A DNA stretch of 64,000 nucleotides, taken from assembly GCA_051294905.1 (NCBI GenBank), contig CM119371.1, forward strand, positions 6,076,001 through 6,140,000, written 5' to 3'. Position 1 is the stretch's first letter. Each line of letters opens with the position of its first letter. This DNA is from Botryllus schlosseri. Its lineage: Eukaryota. The notes beneath the pieces are model-generated. The model was not told where the DNA came from. It saw only the letters and a program-made list of their open reading frames with translations, and ran no database searches. Below, piece after piece: positions 39,748-53,000 of this stretch. A program made the position numbers and the translations under genes.

Positions 39748-40399
39748 CCTATTTCTGAATTACCAATGATCACTTTTTCATTTCAGGAATGAAAATGATA
39801 AGATTTGGTGAGCTTGTTCTCATGTTAAGAAGAATGAAGTGGGCGATTGAGCTTAAAAGTCGCGTTTGTAGTCTCAGGGAAGACGACAGTTTCTTCATTT
39901 TTCATGTACAGTAACGAGCGATTGGCACAGGGTAAAGCTTTTCAAGTTTCTGCTTGGTAAAAAATGTAAATAAGTGATTTTGCTAACATTTTTCATGTAT
40001 CAGTAACGTGCGATTGGCTTAGGGTAAAGTGTTTCCCCAACCAATACTGGAATTTCTTCACTATATTGTCATGTCATTTTCTTGTTGAAAAATACTGAAA
40101 TAGGTATAATTTGTAATGACTGTGATGTAATACTGTTCCATTTGCTACACCTTCCTCTGTTGTCGTTATTGTTGAAAAATACTGTCATGGTCCATGATTT
40201 GCATTCACTGTGATGTAATACTGTTCCACTTGGTTAGTCTTCATTGTTCTTGCTTTGCTGCATATTTTTGCTGTGCACACTGTGCATTGTGTACCAGTAC
40301 TGTGCTTGGATGCTTACTGCTGATTTTCCATGACTTTTATCTTTTGTTTATTTTTATGTCCATTGGTTAACTGTCATAATCGTTAGTATTGATCTTGCC

Positions 40400-40535
40400 A
40401 TATTTACTCATTTATAACTCCGCTGGGTGGCGACTGAATCTAAGACCTACCGGTCCCCCGTCGTCTCCCAATCTATACCAATTTACATGTGTTTGTTGGT
40501 GAGATGAATAAAAGCATACTGACTGACTGACTGTC
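40400..40535 (+). repeat. Probable LINE/SINE 3' end
   Basis: GC-rich stem-like tract, AATAAA, then an (ACTG)n tail. Confidence 0.4.
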
Positions 40536-40860
40536 TATCAACACGTCCTACACTGTTGAATAAAAACGACCATGATCTACTAGTACAACCGAGATTACTC
40601 CTGATCAGGTGCACCTTTCATGTTTTTTATTCCTGAGGTTTGTTGCTCAAAACTGAACCTTGAAGTTGTCGAAGTAGTCCGTTGGGATTCCTAGCAATCT
40701 GATTGCTATATTTAATATTTTTTGATATCGCAATGAGGGGGCGCAGGAATTTTTACGATCACAAAGCGGGGGTGTCGAAAAAAGAAGCAGCCATATACAA
40801 GGCATGGTTAAGTTAAGTCGAGTAGAAATGAAAAAAGAAGGCAGTCAAATTACTATAGTG

Positions 40861-41868
40861 CAGTGGTTCCCAACCTTTTTCCACCCGCGTACCATTTCGA
40901 GGTTTTATGCGGTGCTAGCGTACCATCTACATAAGTTACTCGACCCAAAGGCAGCCAAGAAATGTTTCCACCGGGTTGTGGTGCCGAAAGAAGCGAAAGA
41001 GAAAATAAACTGCCAATTTTAAGGTGCAGTATATAATTTCTGTAGTGGATCCATTTGGAATTCTTGTGGTCAAATATACTAAAACGGAATTTGGTTAGGT
41101 AAGAATTCGAAGGCTTTACGACTCGATCTCTTCGCCGTAAGCCAGGGGTGGCCAACCTTTTTGCCATTCACGGCCGCATTTCAATCACTCATGTAGCTCA
41201 CGGCCGCATCCAGGGCATAGTAGTAATAAACTATGGGCGGGCGCCAAATGATTTACTGAAAGATTTATAAATTTCGTGAATAATATTAGTAGTTTTATAT
41301 ATTACTATCGAACATTTATCTTTCCTATGTCCATGGATGTGGTCAGATTCAGGGTCGGTGGAGGGGGTGTTTTCGAAAATTTAGGGCAAGTTATAAATGA
41401 TGATGCATCTTCGGGTGGGCCAATAGTTATTAGTAACTTTGCTGCATGCTGTTATTTCTTGACCTCCCATCAGCATTGTCGGTATAGTGAGGTGTACACG
41501 ATTCTGAGTTGGTATTTCAATATGGGGTGCATCATATTCCTTTACTCTTCGAATCTGAAATATTAGGCTCTAATTGCAAAGGGCCATTAAAATCGAAAAC
41601 TAAAGAGACCTTGAATCGCGCGCAGCGCGAAGAAAATTTAAAGAATAATTATAATGTGTCAAGAAATCGGGAGTCAATTGGTTGGTTGGCCACCCCTGCC
41701 GTAGACCGTCATTGGTGGGATTACCCCTAACCACGACGACGACGGCTTCAACAAAATTATTGTTAACCCTACTTGAACTAATAACTCCCTTCGGTCGAAA
41801 AAAAACAAACAGAATCTACTCGCGTACCACATGGAAGACCTTCGCGTACCACAGGTTGGGAACTACTG
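40861..41868. mobile_element. hAT MITE with a nested second hAT MITE (41143-41698)
   Basis: Outer TIRs CAGTGGTTCCCAACC / GGTTGGGAACTACTG, perfect TSD CTATAGTG; inner TIRs CAGGGGTGGCCAACC, TSD 6/8. Confidence 0.88.
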
Positions 41869-42669
41869 CTATAGTGGATAGTTATCGGTACTTGAGATTC
41901 GCCCTAGCTGTTGCCATTAATAAGAGGTGGCTGCTCTCGAAAATATATTCAGTTACATATTCATGCGATAAGGATAAAATTTAGACCAGTTATTCAGAGA
42001 ACAATACAAATATGTCCCAAAACTAATTCTAATTTACAATATCCTCAATGTAAAATGTAAGTAAAAGAAATGATGAAGCATGGCTACTTGGGTAATTAGT
42101 GCAAGTAGCCAAAAAACCGGTTCTCCAAAAAGTAGAAGTTCTTCGCTACTGACCACCTCTGATAAATGTGCATGCGTGTTATATTGCAGTAATTGCAACC
42201 CTAGTGTTATGCTTTGATACAGTAGTCCTGTGATTTTTATCTAATACCCATGAGCTGGTATTCTGCAATATTTCAATTTTACCTCCGAGTTCGGCAACTT
42301 GATTATAATAGACTGCAATGTTGTTGTTTAAACTCGCACAATGCTTGCCTTTTACTCTTTGTACCATTATTTACTATGCGTGGAATGGTCCATGTTTCTT
42401 GTGTGATTATTCGTGAACGTTTGGTAATAAACTCATTTTCCTGAAATTTTCCACTGCAATTTTGTGACTCAGCATTCGCACAGCCAGAACGTAGAAATTG
42501 GTGGAAAGGTGACGTATCAGGAACGTATTGCGGGACCAACATGGAGGATAGCTGTACGTATCACCACGTGACGTTCCTAAGTATACACAGAATTACGTCG
42601 GGGAGGACGATACAGCGTCACGTTACGGTCCCCAATTTCCACCAAATATATACGTCGACGATACGTATT

Positions 42670-43035
42670 TTTGTTTGCGGGGTTGTCCTCTTTTTTTAAA
42701 GTGTCCTCGGAGGGCGCCCTTTTGTCCTCTTTTTTGAAAATTTAGGCAGATTTAGAGCAAATTGTGAGTGATATGCCGCACAGAAGTGACGCTCCGGCGG
42801 GTATTGCGGAGTGAAAAACGGTGATTTTAGCTTCGAGCGAAAAGATGACCTTTTTTTCAAGTCATCCACCTGGCAATGTGGAGTAAAAAACGATTTTTTT
42901 TTTTTTTTTTTAGTCAACCGATCACAAAATGGGAAAAATTAACCGGTTTTTGAGAATTTTACTCCGGTTTTGCAAGTTGCAAATTTATGAAAAAGTGTCC
43001 TCTTTTTGGATTTCCAAAATATGGTAAGCCTATAT
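42670..43035. mobile_element. Partial copy of the TAGGCTTACCATA MITE family
   Basis: Similar to 61683-62217; only the right end TATGGTAAGCCTA is intact. Confidence 0.7.
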
Positions 43036-44081
43036 GAGGGGGTCGGGTCTCAAAGAGTTAAATGGATAATCTCGTCGAAAATGATTAGAATATATACACC
43101 GGAACATTTCCACACATCAAAAATAGAATATCACTTGAGACGTTGGTCAAGTTGCGAAAGTATGGAAAAAATATCAAATATGGTATGGAAGAATGTTGGT
43201 ATTGTATGGAAAATTGTCAAGTATGGTATGGAACAATTGGGCAGGTATGCAGTATGGAAGATTCCCATTCCATGCCCTGATGATAAGTACACAATTCTGA
43301 GTTGGTATTTCTACATCGGGCGCATCATTTTCCTATGCTGTTCGAATCTGTGATGTGGGGCTCCAATTGCTAAGGGTCAAATTATATTAAAATCGAAAAT
43401 GAAGTCACATTGAATTGCGCGCAGCGGGAAGAAAATTTCAAGATTAAAGAAAGTCTATCAAGAATCTACAGTCAATTCGCAAATTCAAATTGCATGTCAA
43501 CGGGCCCCAACACATACTAATTTAATTGCGTGTCCATGACCGTACAAATTCCCGGCCACCCCTGGCCTAGGCCAAGGTGGGTGTCTGATCTCCAGGTTGT
43601 TCCGACACCTTCCTATCTTTTCATTGTATTGCAGTTTTGTGGTGTTTCGAAATGATGAAAATATTAATAAACCGATACTCATGAATATTTTGACTTGCTT
43701 TGACACTCACTAGTGCGTCAGTGCTACAATATAATTATGTCTTCCCTTAAAAGACATGATAAATGAAGGATTGCATATTCAGTGAATTACATAATTGAAT
43801 TGAACAATGTAAGGTAACAAAATTGGCACATGGAAATTGCACTTATGAACTGCAACGAGCATTGAAACAGTCATACATTGGAATTCACTTGAGGCTAATA
43901 GAAAAGAGCCGAACAACAGAATCGAAACTCCATCAGAAAAGTCTTACAATGAATGGATTGGACAAACAGAACGGAAAGACAACACAAACAACACATTCTG
44001 TGGAGATGATTCACACACAGTCTATGGCGGTTAAATTGAGTAAGTATGATGAAACGATAGCGATTCAATAGCATCAAATGA

Positions 44082-47000
44082 TCAATTAGCGAAAGTAACA
44101 CCCATCGGCAGCCAGATATTCTTGCATTGTGTCGCGTGATATAAAAATTCCTCGCCCTGTCCTTGTGCCGAATCACTCCAATCTCTTGCCTTGCCGTAGC
44201 TCACCCACGTTCTTTTCACGTTCTCGGCCGAGGTGTATTCCACAAATTTCGAACCCTACAACGGTATTTCAGTAGTTATATAGCTAGATCATGCCCAAAT
44301 ACGGCCCGGGATCGGACTTCGACTAGCCCACGAAAAGTAGCTTATTAAAAAAACCTGCTTTTGAATGTTGTTCAGTGGAATGAAACCATGGGCAATAGAA
44401 ATTGAACCGGAAATGCGTTTACATTGAAGCCAGTTTTTGTAGAGTTTGGCTTGTGCGTAGCCTACTTAGATATCTTATGAGTAATCCAGATTCAAAATAA
44501 AAATCATATAGTAAAGTATGCTGTATACAATTTGAAATCTTGCAGCAAACAATACGTTCATATTGTTAAATTTATTCCACTGGAAGCTTTTCGACTGGCT
44601 CTCTTCAGCACCCCAAACCCCTCCCCCCAGCCGAGCTCGAAGAGGGCCCAAAATTATTTCGTGAATTAGCATAAAATATAGAGTATTTTTTGAAAATTGA
44701 CGTAACTATTTCAAAAATTTTTCGTGCTAGGCGCAATTTCAAATTGCCTAATATATGATTATTGGGTACTCTTCCTCCAAGGGAAAATACGCAAGAGTTA
44801 TAGAAATGGGCATATCGGCGTTGGCCAATGGCCATTATCACGCCGCGACGCACAAACATATTCAGAGTTTTAGGCCAGGTAACCTGCGACTTGAAGAAGT
44901 GTGCCAGATCGATCGGCAGCGAGAAACCGTGGCCGAAAAGGAATGCCCTTATGCTGACCGAAGACTTCGTTATATATACAAAATACACATAGGTTTAATT
45001 GTGGTGTCTAAAGGACTGGCGCCGAATGTTCCTGTCTTGGTAATCTGAACCTGGCACGAGAAATACCATCCAACAGGTAAAATTTATATGCCAGTGAAGA
45101 AGTACCAATTTAAAATCGTGTGATCTTTTAGTTTAGTACGTTTGGCATATTCTATATTTTTTGATACAGCGGACAGGTCACGAAATAACATCATGTAACG
45201 AAGTCATACAAACGGGCTCTACAGTTTCAAAGACCCCTTTTCTGAGCTCTACCAGTAAATCTGATTACGTGAGTAGAGACGACAAGAAATTAATAGCAAT
45301 ATATATGCAATTCCCGATCTTATTGACCGATTTTATCATTAATTATCAAAAATTTTTGCGCTTTGCTCTGGCTTGGCACACGGTACAACTGTAATTTCGA
45401 TGCAATAGCGAACAACTTGATGGGGGGGGGGGTCGGTTTATCACCCTATGGGAGCCCAAGACTCAAGTTTTTTGGGTGGGCCTGACAAAGTTCTTATAGA
45501 ATTTTATTAACAAAATTCCCAATAACGATCAGCGACTTGCATACGGATAAATCAAAGTCAAGACGAGAAATTACTCCACCACCTCACACCGTGAGAGTTT
45601 AAATACGATGCCGTCTCAGCCCGCAATAGTCTTCGAAACGTGTCAATTCGGCGCTTCGTTCAATAAAGATAACCGTCGTACCCAGAACTCAAAAACGAAC
45701 TGGCTTACAAAGCACAAACCTAACATACACCTAACACGCACTAGTCGGTTGGAACCTATTCGGCTTGCGTATCGCACGACCACTTGACGTTCGCTTTACA
45801 ACATCCTCCTCTCCCTGACTTACTTCGGAGTTAGTCAGAACCGGTTCCCGTTTAACAGACATTGTTGATATCTATTCGGACACAAAATCATTCTGTACAT
45901 CTGGACTCAAATCCATCGATTCCAGAATATGAAGTCTTTGCACAGGGCGACAAATGATTGCCTTCTGCGTTTTCACCTGCGCAGTTCTGACCAATCTGTC
46001 TTTACCAGAAAATACATCAGTGACACGACCAAGAGGCCATTTTGGTCGTGACGTGTTTTCTTCAGTGACCAAAACGACGTCACCAATCTTGATCGGCGAT
46101 TCTTCTACTTGCTTCTTTGCTGCAATTTAGGCAAATATTCATTGCTCCATCGCTTCCAAAACGATTGAAGTAAGCTTTGTAGATATCGGAAACGCTTGCC
46201 GACAGACAGGTTAACGCTTCCACGAATCACAGGCAATTGTTGTAGATTCCGTCCGATAGTTAATTGACTCGACGTCATTGGTGTCGGATCCAAAGGATTA
46301 GAGCCGTGGTATGCTAGGGGACGCTGATTAAGAGCCGCTTCAATGTACATCAGTATTGTGTATAACTCGGTATAGCGCAATAAGGCATTCCCCAAAATCT
46401 TTCGTAGAGGCTCTTTCAAACTTCTGTTCATCCTTTCCCAACATGCTCCTCTGAACGGACTTCTCTCGGTGATAAATCTCCAAGTAAAACCGTTCTCCGC
46501 CATGAACCGCTTTATTTTTACGGAGTTCATCTTCTCAAATAACTTGCCGGCGAATTTCATTTCGAATTTCATTTCGCCTTCTGGGACGTTCGTTGATTGT
46601 ATGACTGAATAGTCTTGCACCAACCGCGTCTGTTCATGAATCTCCCCAAAGCTTGAAGAAATTCGTCGGTTGTCATGTCTAGGCAAAGCTCAAAGTGGAT
46701 CATCCGACTGTGAGGGCACGTGAAAACAAGAATATACCCTTTCTTTACAACTTCACCATCTCGTATCAGCAAGGCACCGGCGTAATCCAAGCCCACGTCG
46801 CAAAATGCAGGAGCCTGAACCACGCGATGAGATGGAAGACCTCCCATTTTTTGAATGACTGGCTTCGTACGGTAACGCTTGCAGATGCTGCACTTGAGTA
46901 TTACACGTCCTACGACTTGTCGAGAGCGTACCACGTAGAATCTCTGACGCAAGAGTGACAAAGTGGTTTCGGCAGCCGCGTGCTGGCTTGAAATATGGTG

Positions 47001-50000
47001 GTCTTCAACTATGCGTTCCGTGAGTAGATCCTGGTCCGGTAGAATAATCGGGTGTTTAGGCATTTCCGGTAAGTTGGAATGCCGTAGTCGCCCACCAACA
47101 CGCAATAGACCAGTTTCCTCGTCGATGAACGGATCGTAGCTGATTAACAGACTTTTCTCTGGCAAACGCTTCGCCGCCTTGAGCAATGCAATTTCCACGT
47201 TGAAATGTCGTCTTTGCAAATCACGGAGAAGACCGAACTCCGCACGTTACAGCTCCTTAGCGGTTAGCTCATAAGGAATTTCGTTCGAGGTGCTTGATTG
47301 AGATTGCGCGCTCACACGTTTCGCTTTCGGATCTAGATATCTGAGCATCCAAGCCAGCAGCCGTCTCGTTTTGCGATAACTTGAACATTTCGTTATGACG
47401 TTCGGCGGCAATTCAACTTCCCTTTGACTGGCGATCAAAGCTCTTGGTGCTCTTTCCATTTCAAATGCAATAGTGTCTGCAGAGCTCACGTCGATTCTAA
47501 CCTGGTTTGTCAGCCAGTCCGTCTGAATTGCGACAATCCACAGCGGCCCATTCCAGTACAAATCTGAGGCCTTCAATTCATGCAGAGTCACCCCACGGCT
47601 AACTACATCAGCCGGATTCTCTTTACCCGGGCAATGACCCCACGCATTTGCGTCGAATAAGCTGTGAATCTCTTCAACACGGTTTCTGACGAAGATTTTC
47701 CATGTCGAACTCGGTTTGTTGATCCATGCGAGAACGATTTCAGAAATCGGTCCAAAGACGCGTGCATTCTACAGCAAGATGTAATTGATCAATGACGTAA
47801 TTTGTCAATCTCGCGAGAATTACTGCTCCCATGAGTTCAAGACGAGCGATGGTTTGAGACTTTAAGGGCGCAACTCTTGCTTTAGCCATGACCAAAATGG
47901 AATTTTTCTTTCCACTGCCGTTGTGATATACAATGTATACCATCGCGCCATATGCCTTTTCGGAGGCGTCGCACTATCCATGAATTTGAACCTTCTGTTT
48001 GTCATTCCCTCGGAAAAGATGGCGAGGAACGGCAATCGACGATATGTCCTCTAGTTCCTCCGCCCATTTGCCAAACTCGATTGCTTCCGCGCCTGGTAAT
48101 GCCTCGTCCCAATCGATTTGTATCTTCGGAACAATTGTATATCCAGCGAGAAAACCAAACACGTCATATATCGAACTCAACGTGCTGAGAACAATGCGCT
48201 TCGATGGCACATGTGGTGGGATGTTGACCAGTTTATCGGAAACGTTGATGAAGAAGGTATCAGATGCCGTATTCCATCGTAGTCCAAGCGCAGTTGGTGT
48301 GATCACATCGTCTGTTCGGTCGAAAGCAATCACTGAATGCGGATGACGATCGCGTGACGGTGTAACATCTATCGCCTCTTCGGAATTCGATACAAACTTT
48401 GTCATGTGCCATCCGCCGGACTCAAGAACCGCAACTGCGTCGCGATGCAGATTAACGACTTCTGTAACACTGTTACCACCTGTGTGAAGATCGTCTACGT
48501 ATAGCGATTCCCTAAGTTCTTCACAAAGTCTGGGATATTGGCGTCTCATGTCTTCTCGGTCGGCATGCTTGTGCGTGCAAGAAATTGCCCACACGGAGAA
48601 TAGTTTACCCCGAACATCAGGGAAGTCATCACCATTTTCCTTGGTTCACAACTTGCATCGCAATCTCGCCAAAGGAAGAGTTGGTATCTGTAATACTGAG
48701 GCCGAATCTTTGTCTGTGGAAACATCTTCTGAATATCACCACTCAAAGCAATACGGTGTGTGCGGAACCGCAGTAGAACCCCACCCAAATCAGGTTGTGG
48801 ACCAGGACCAGGTAAAAGACAATCATTTAACGAATTGCCGCTTTTATCAGGATGGCTTGCATTGAACACCAACCGAAATTTGGTCGATACGCTTGACTCC
48901 TTGACCACGCCATGGTGTGGAATGAAATAGCAATCACCATCACGTTTGAAGCGATCTCTCTTTCTCTCGCGGTAAGCCCCCAGGCAAACTTGTGATCGAC
49001 CAGTTCGTGCATTGCTCGGATGTACTTTTCCCTAATTTCTGGCCTTTTCTCGAGTCTTCTTTCTGTAGACTCAAGCAACTTCTTCGCAGTTCTGTAATTG
49101 TTGCGTCCTGTCGATATGGCAGTGGGATTTCGTACCGTACCCCGTTAAATATTGTTTCTGCTTCAAACATCGCAACCGCTCTCTCTTCATCTGCGGTCAT
49201 TTTAACACAGCTGTCGTTGATAGCGATGGCGTCAGGACTCCAAAATATCTCAATATCGCCATTCAGTACGCAGGTCTTGGTCTGATTGCTCTCACCATCA
49301 GCAGCCATACTCGGGGCATGGACAAAAACACACGACGGTTTTGGATCGCCGCGTCCTGAAATTGGTTCCAGCAGTGCGTAACCAAATATTGGCTTGAACG
49401 CAGTTAAACGAGATTCTCCTCCCTTGGCCTGATGACTCCGCTCAGCATAATTTCACTCAGTAATGCACTGCCGACCAGGATATCTATCTCAGCTCCCGCA
49501 GACACGTTGGGGTCTGCCAGGTGAACGCCCTTCAAGTGCGGGTGATCTTCAAGCTGAATTTTCACTGGATGTAATGGTGCTCCGAGCGGCCCAGACTTGA
49601 TGTAGGCTTCAAATGCGATAGTCGGTTCCTTAGCTATCAAGGGGACAAGCTCCATCTCGGCTACCGATACCTCCGTTTTGGTTTCGTGTCCACCAAACCC
49701 TTGTACCGCAATGTGCTTTATTGCGCTTGGAATCAACATTCAAATGAAACAAATAGGTTGACATGGTGTTATGCTCAACGTACCGCAATATCCCAACTGA
49801 AGCATTGTATAGTTCTTATATCAAGAAGCGCATGATGAAAATTGTGATGTAGACACTATTGCCAGAATGAAGCAACACGGTTTGTCACCAGCAGTGTACG
49901 CACAACTTCAGCGTTGTCAGTCAACAATTGCTGCTGTTGAACGTTCTTTCTTCATTATTGCCAAGCTACTTAGTAAGGACTGACACTTTCTATCCGAGAA

Positions 50001-53000
50001 TGTAGGAAAGTATCTTTTTAATTATTTCTATCATAATGCGTAATGAAACTCCTGGAATTCTTCATAGGGCCAGATTTCGTTGAAATAAAGTTTTTTCATT
50101 TAAAAATTTGTCAGTTTTTGAGGGCAAAATTTTTTTTTCATGCCAAACTGCTTGGTAAGGACAGACAGTTTCAACCAGAAATGAAGATAAGTAAGTAGTA
50201 CAATTCCAACATTATGTGGGAAAGCACCTAATTTGCATACATTAGGTAAAAATCAAGAATTTTTATGTGAAAAAATGTCAAAATGTTCCGTTTTTCAGGT
50301 AAAAAAAATCGCCCTAGTAATCACCTTTTTAAATGCTTCTATGTGGGTGAGTTGGCGTTCAAATGGCTTTGACAGTGGAGGCCCAGCTTGATTCTGCGCA
50401 GTAGCTTTATCTAAGATTCTCCTTCCCTAAGTTGCTTGAGCTTACAACGGACTTACAACGGATGCTCAGATCAGGGGCGAATTCAAGGAATATAAAGAAA
50501 TGAGGGAGGGAGCCTAAAACAAGGGAGATCAATATCGAACACCGCTACATTAGGCATACGCTAAGATGCCGGCATTTTGGGAAGTTACCGTATTTGGTCA
50601 TTTTGACATTCTCCTATCTTTTCGTGACATCACATTCTGCATTGTGTGTTTTTAGCGGTTATAAATAACAAACCACAGACTATGCCATACTCAGAACTTG
50701 GATTCCTGAATTTTTGCTCTACTAGATAGATACCACTCCGCAAAAACAAAATCTAGTTTTAGAAATAGATAGAATTTCAGTGACGCAAGAGCTTGTAATA
50801 CCTGAGGTGAGCCAAAATACCACATAGCGTTCACATCTTGATGCTCAGCCAGATAATTGGTCAGGTGATCTCGGCCTCCGCTCAGAATGTTCACGACACC
50901 TCCGGGCAGGTCAGACGTGTCAAAAACCTTCAAAACAAGACATTCAAGGTTGTCCAATTGCTGAGACACTGGTTCTCCAATCGTGCCAATCTTGGCTTTG
51001 AAAGTTTTTATGGGTAAAATCACCATAAGCAATTCATCTCACGTAGTAGCTATTCACACATGACATGCAGCACTGATAGCTATTCTATATTGGTCCATGT
51101 TTTTAGGAGACATTGATCAGTAAAAATCTTTTCAAAGATATTTACTCAACCCATTATCAATTTTTCTTCTTGGATTCCGGTACAATTCAACAGTAATTCC
51201 ACCTCCAATGGAATAGCACCAAGTAATTTAACCACAACTCTACTCTATACGCGAATAGTATTTCATCAGTTGAAGAGCTTCTTGGAGGTACAGAGTATAT
51301 TCATATTGAAATAGGGTTACCATATTTCAGCAACCCAAATTCGGGACACTCTTTAGCGCCCACTAGTGAATTTCAAATTGCATTATGACGTCACACTAGC
51401 AACGCTTTGCTCATAGACCCGAAGTTGTCACGGTCCGGTATGTGGCTGTGTGTTGTGTAACCGGGACCAAAAGTACATGTTTTAGCCCCCTCGCGCCCAA
51501 ATAAACAATTATTTTGAGCCCACACTATGTGGTATTCGATGCAACTTCTGGTCGACTCCGCCTCCAATTTGAAAAAGTTCTGTGGCCCAGATCAGAATTT
51601 TCCAATATTAAGATGCCGAAGGCAGCATAGCGAGAAAAACTAATAGCTATGCCCGTAAGGGCGTAGTACAGAGTTTCCGCAATGGATCCAATGGACCACA
51701 GTTCTTGTTCAGATTTAAGGCATGATATAATATATACATTTAAGATATATATATATTGGTAGGAATTTAGTGAACAAGACATTCTGGCGTTTTAGCCAAA
51801 GGATCTTCATCCGTAAGCTGTCATAGGCGGGCTCGACCCTACCGACAAGAATTCAAAGCATGGGTGTTTTGGGTAGATATTATGTAATATAAAATCTGGT
51901 AGTATATAGGATAAAGAGTTCTTATGGGAAGATAAAGTATAAATGAAGGTAAAGTCATAATAAGGAAATAAGACTAACAAAATAATTTATAGTTTAAGCA
52001 GAGGGTAATAATATAGTAGCATGAATATGACTCAGTCCAAAGCAACTCTACCATAGCATATCACGTCGTCAGGGGTGGTAAAGATGTAGGTATAGGGCGT
52101 ATTAGCCTCTACTTTTCTGTAGCAAATACCGGTAATGCTTACGGCAGAGAGATTATAACAATTTTGAGTGAGTTTGAATAAATGAACTTGTATGGGGGTG
52201 AATTTCTACGAAAATGGTTGATTTCAAATCGTATTTTAACATACTTCTACTTCGAGATCAGACAAAAGAACTAGTTTCATACTTTAGGATTCTGCAATAA
52301 ATAAAAATTTGGAAAATTTTGTTAGTTCAGCAGCACCTTACGGCCTTAAAAAGCGGGACGTTTGGCTGACTGGTCGGGACAAGACGCTAAAAAGCGGGAC
52401 TATTCCGCCTAAAACGGGACGTATGGTAAGCCTATATTGAAATAAACCAGAATATTTTTGGCTGACACTCGTCAGCAGCTAGTACAGAATTGGAAAGAAT
52501 ATTGTATATCAACAATCCTATCACCGGATATGACATCACCGGCATATTTTGTGATACGATTGTTGATACACAATGTTCTGTAATTGCCTACTAGTTGCTC
52601 ACGATTATCCCTGACAAGTGTCAGTTAAAGATTTTTGGGTTTATGGATAATCATTTGTATATTTCACCAGTTGTTATTTTACGGTCAAATTTACCTACCG
52701 TCAATCCTAATATTAGGATTTCCACATATACTTGTAGACATATTGATTAAAGAGAGTATTTCTTAAATATGAACCACTGCATAGGCCTATATTGCTCCTC
52801 ATGGGCACAAACCTGGTAAAAGTCCAACGCCGGTATTGGGAATTTTTCGCTTGGAATGATAACAACGCAGTTGGCCCGAACCACAGCAGGAGCAAATAAA
52901 GACACAAAAGACAACAACGGATCCTCATCTGGACAGGCAATCCCAATAACTCCCATTGCTTCTCGAATCATCACTGTGCATCCGTATAAAGTGGTTTCCT

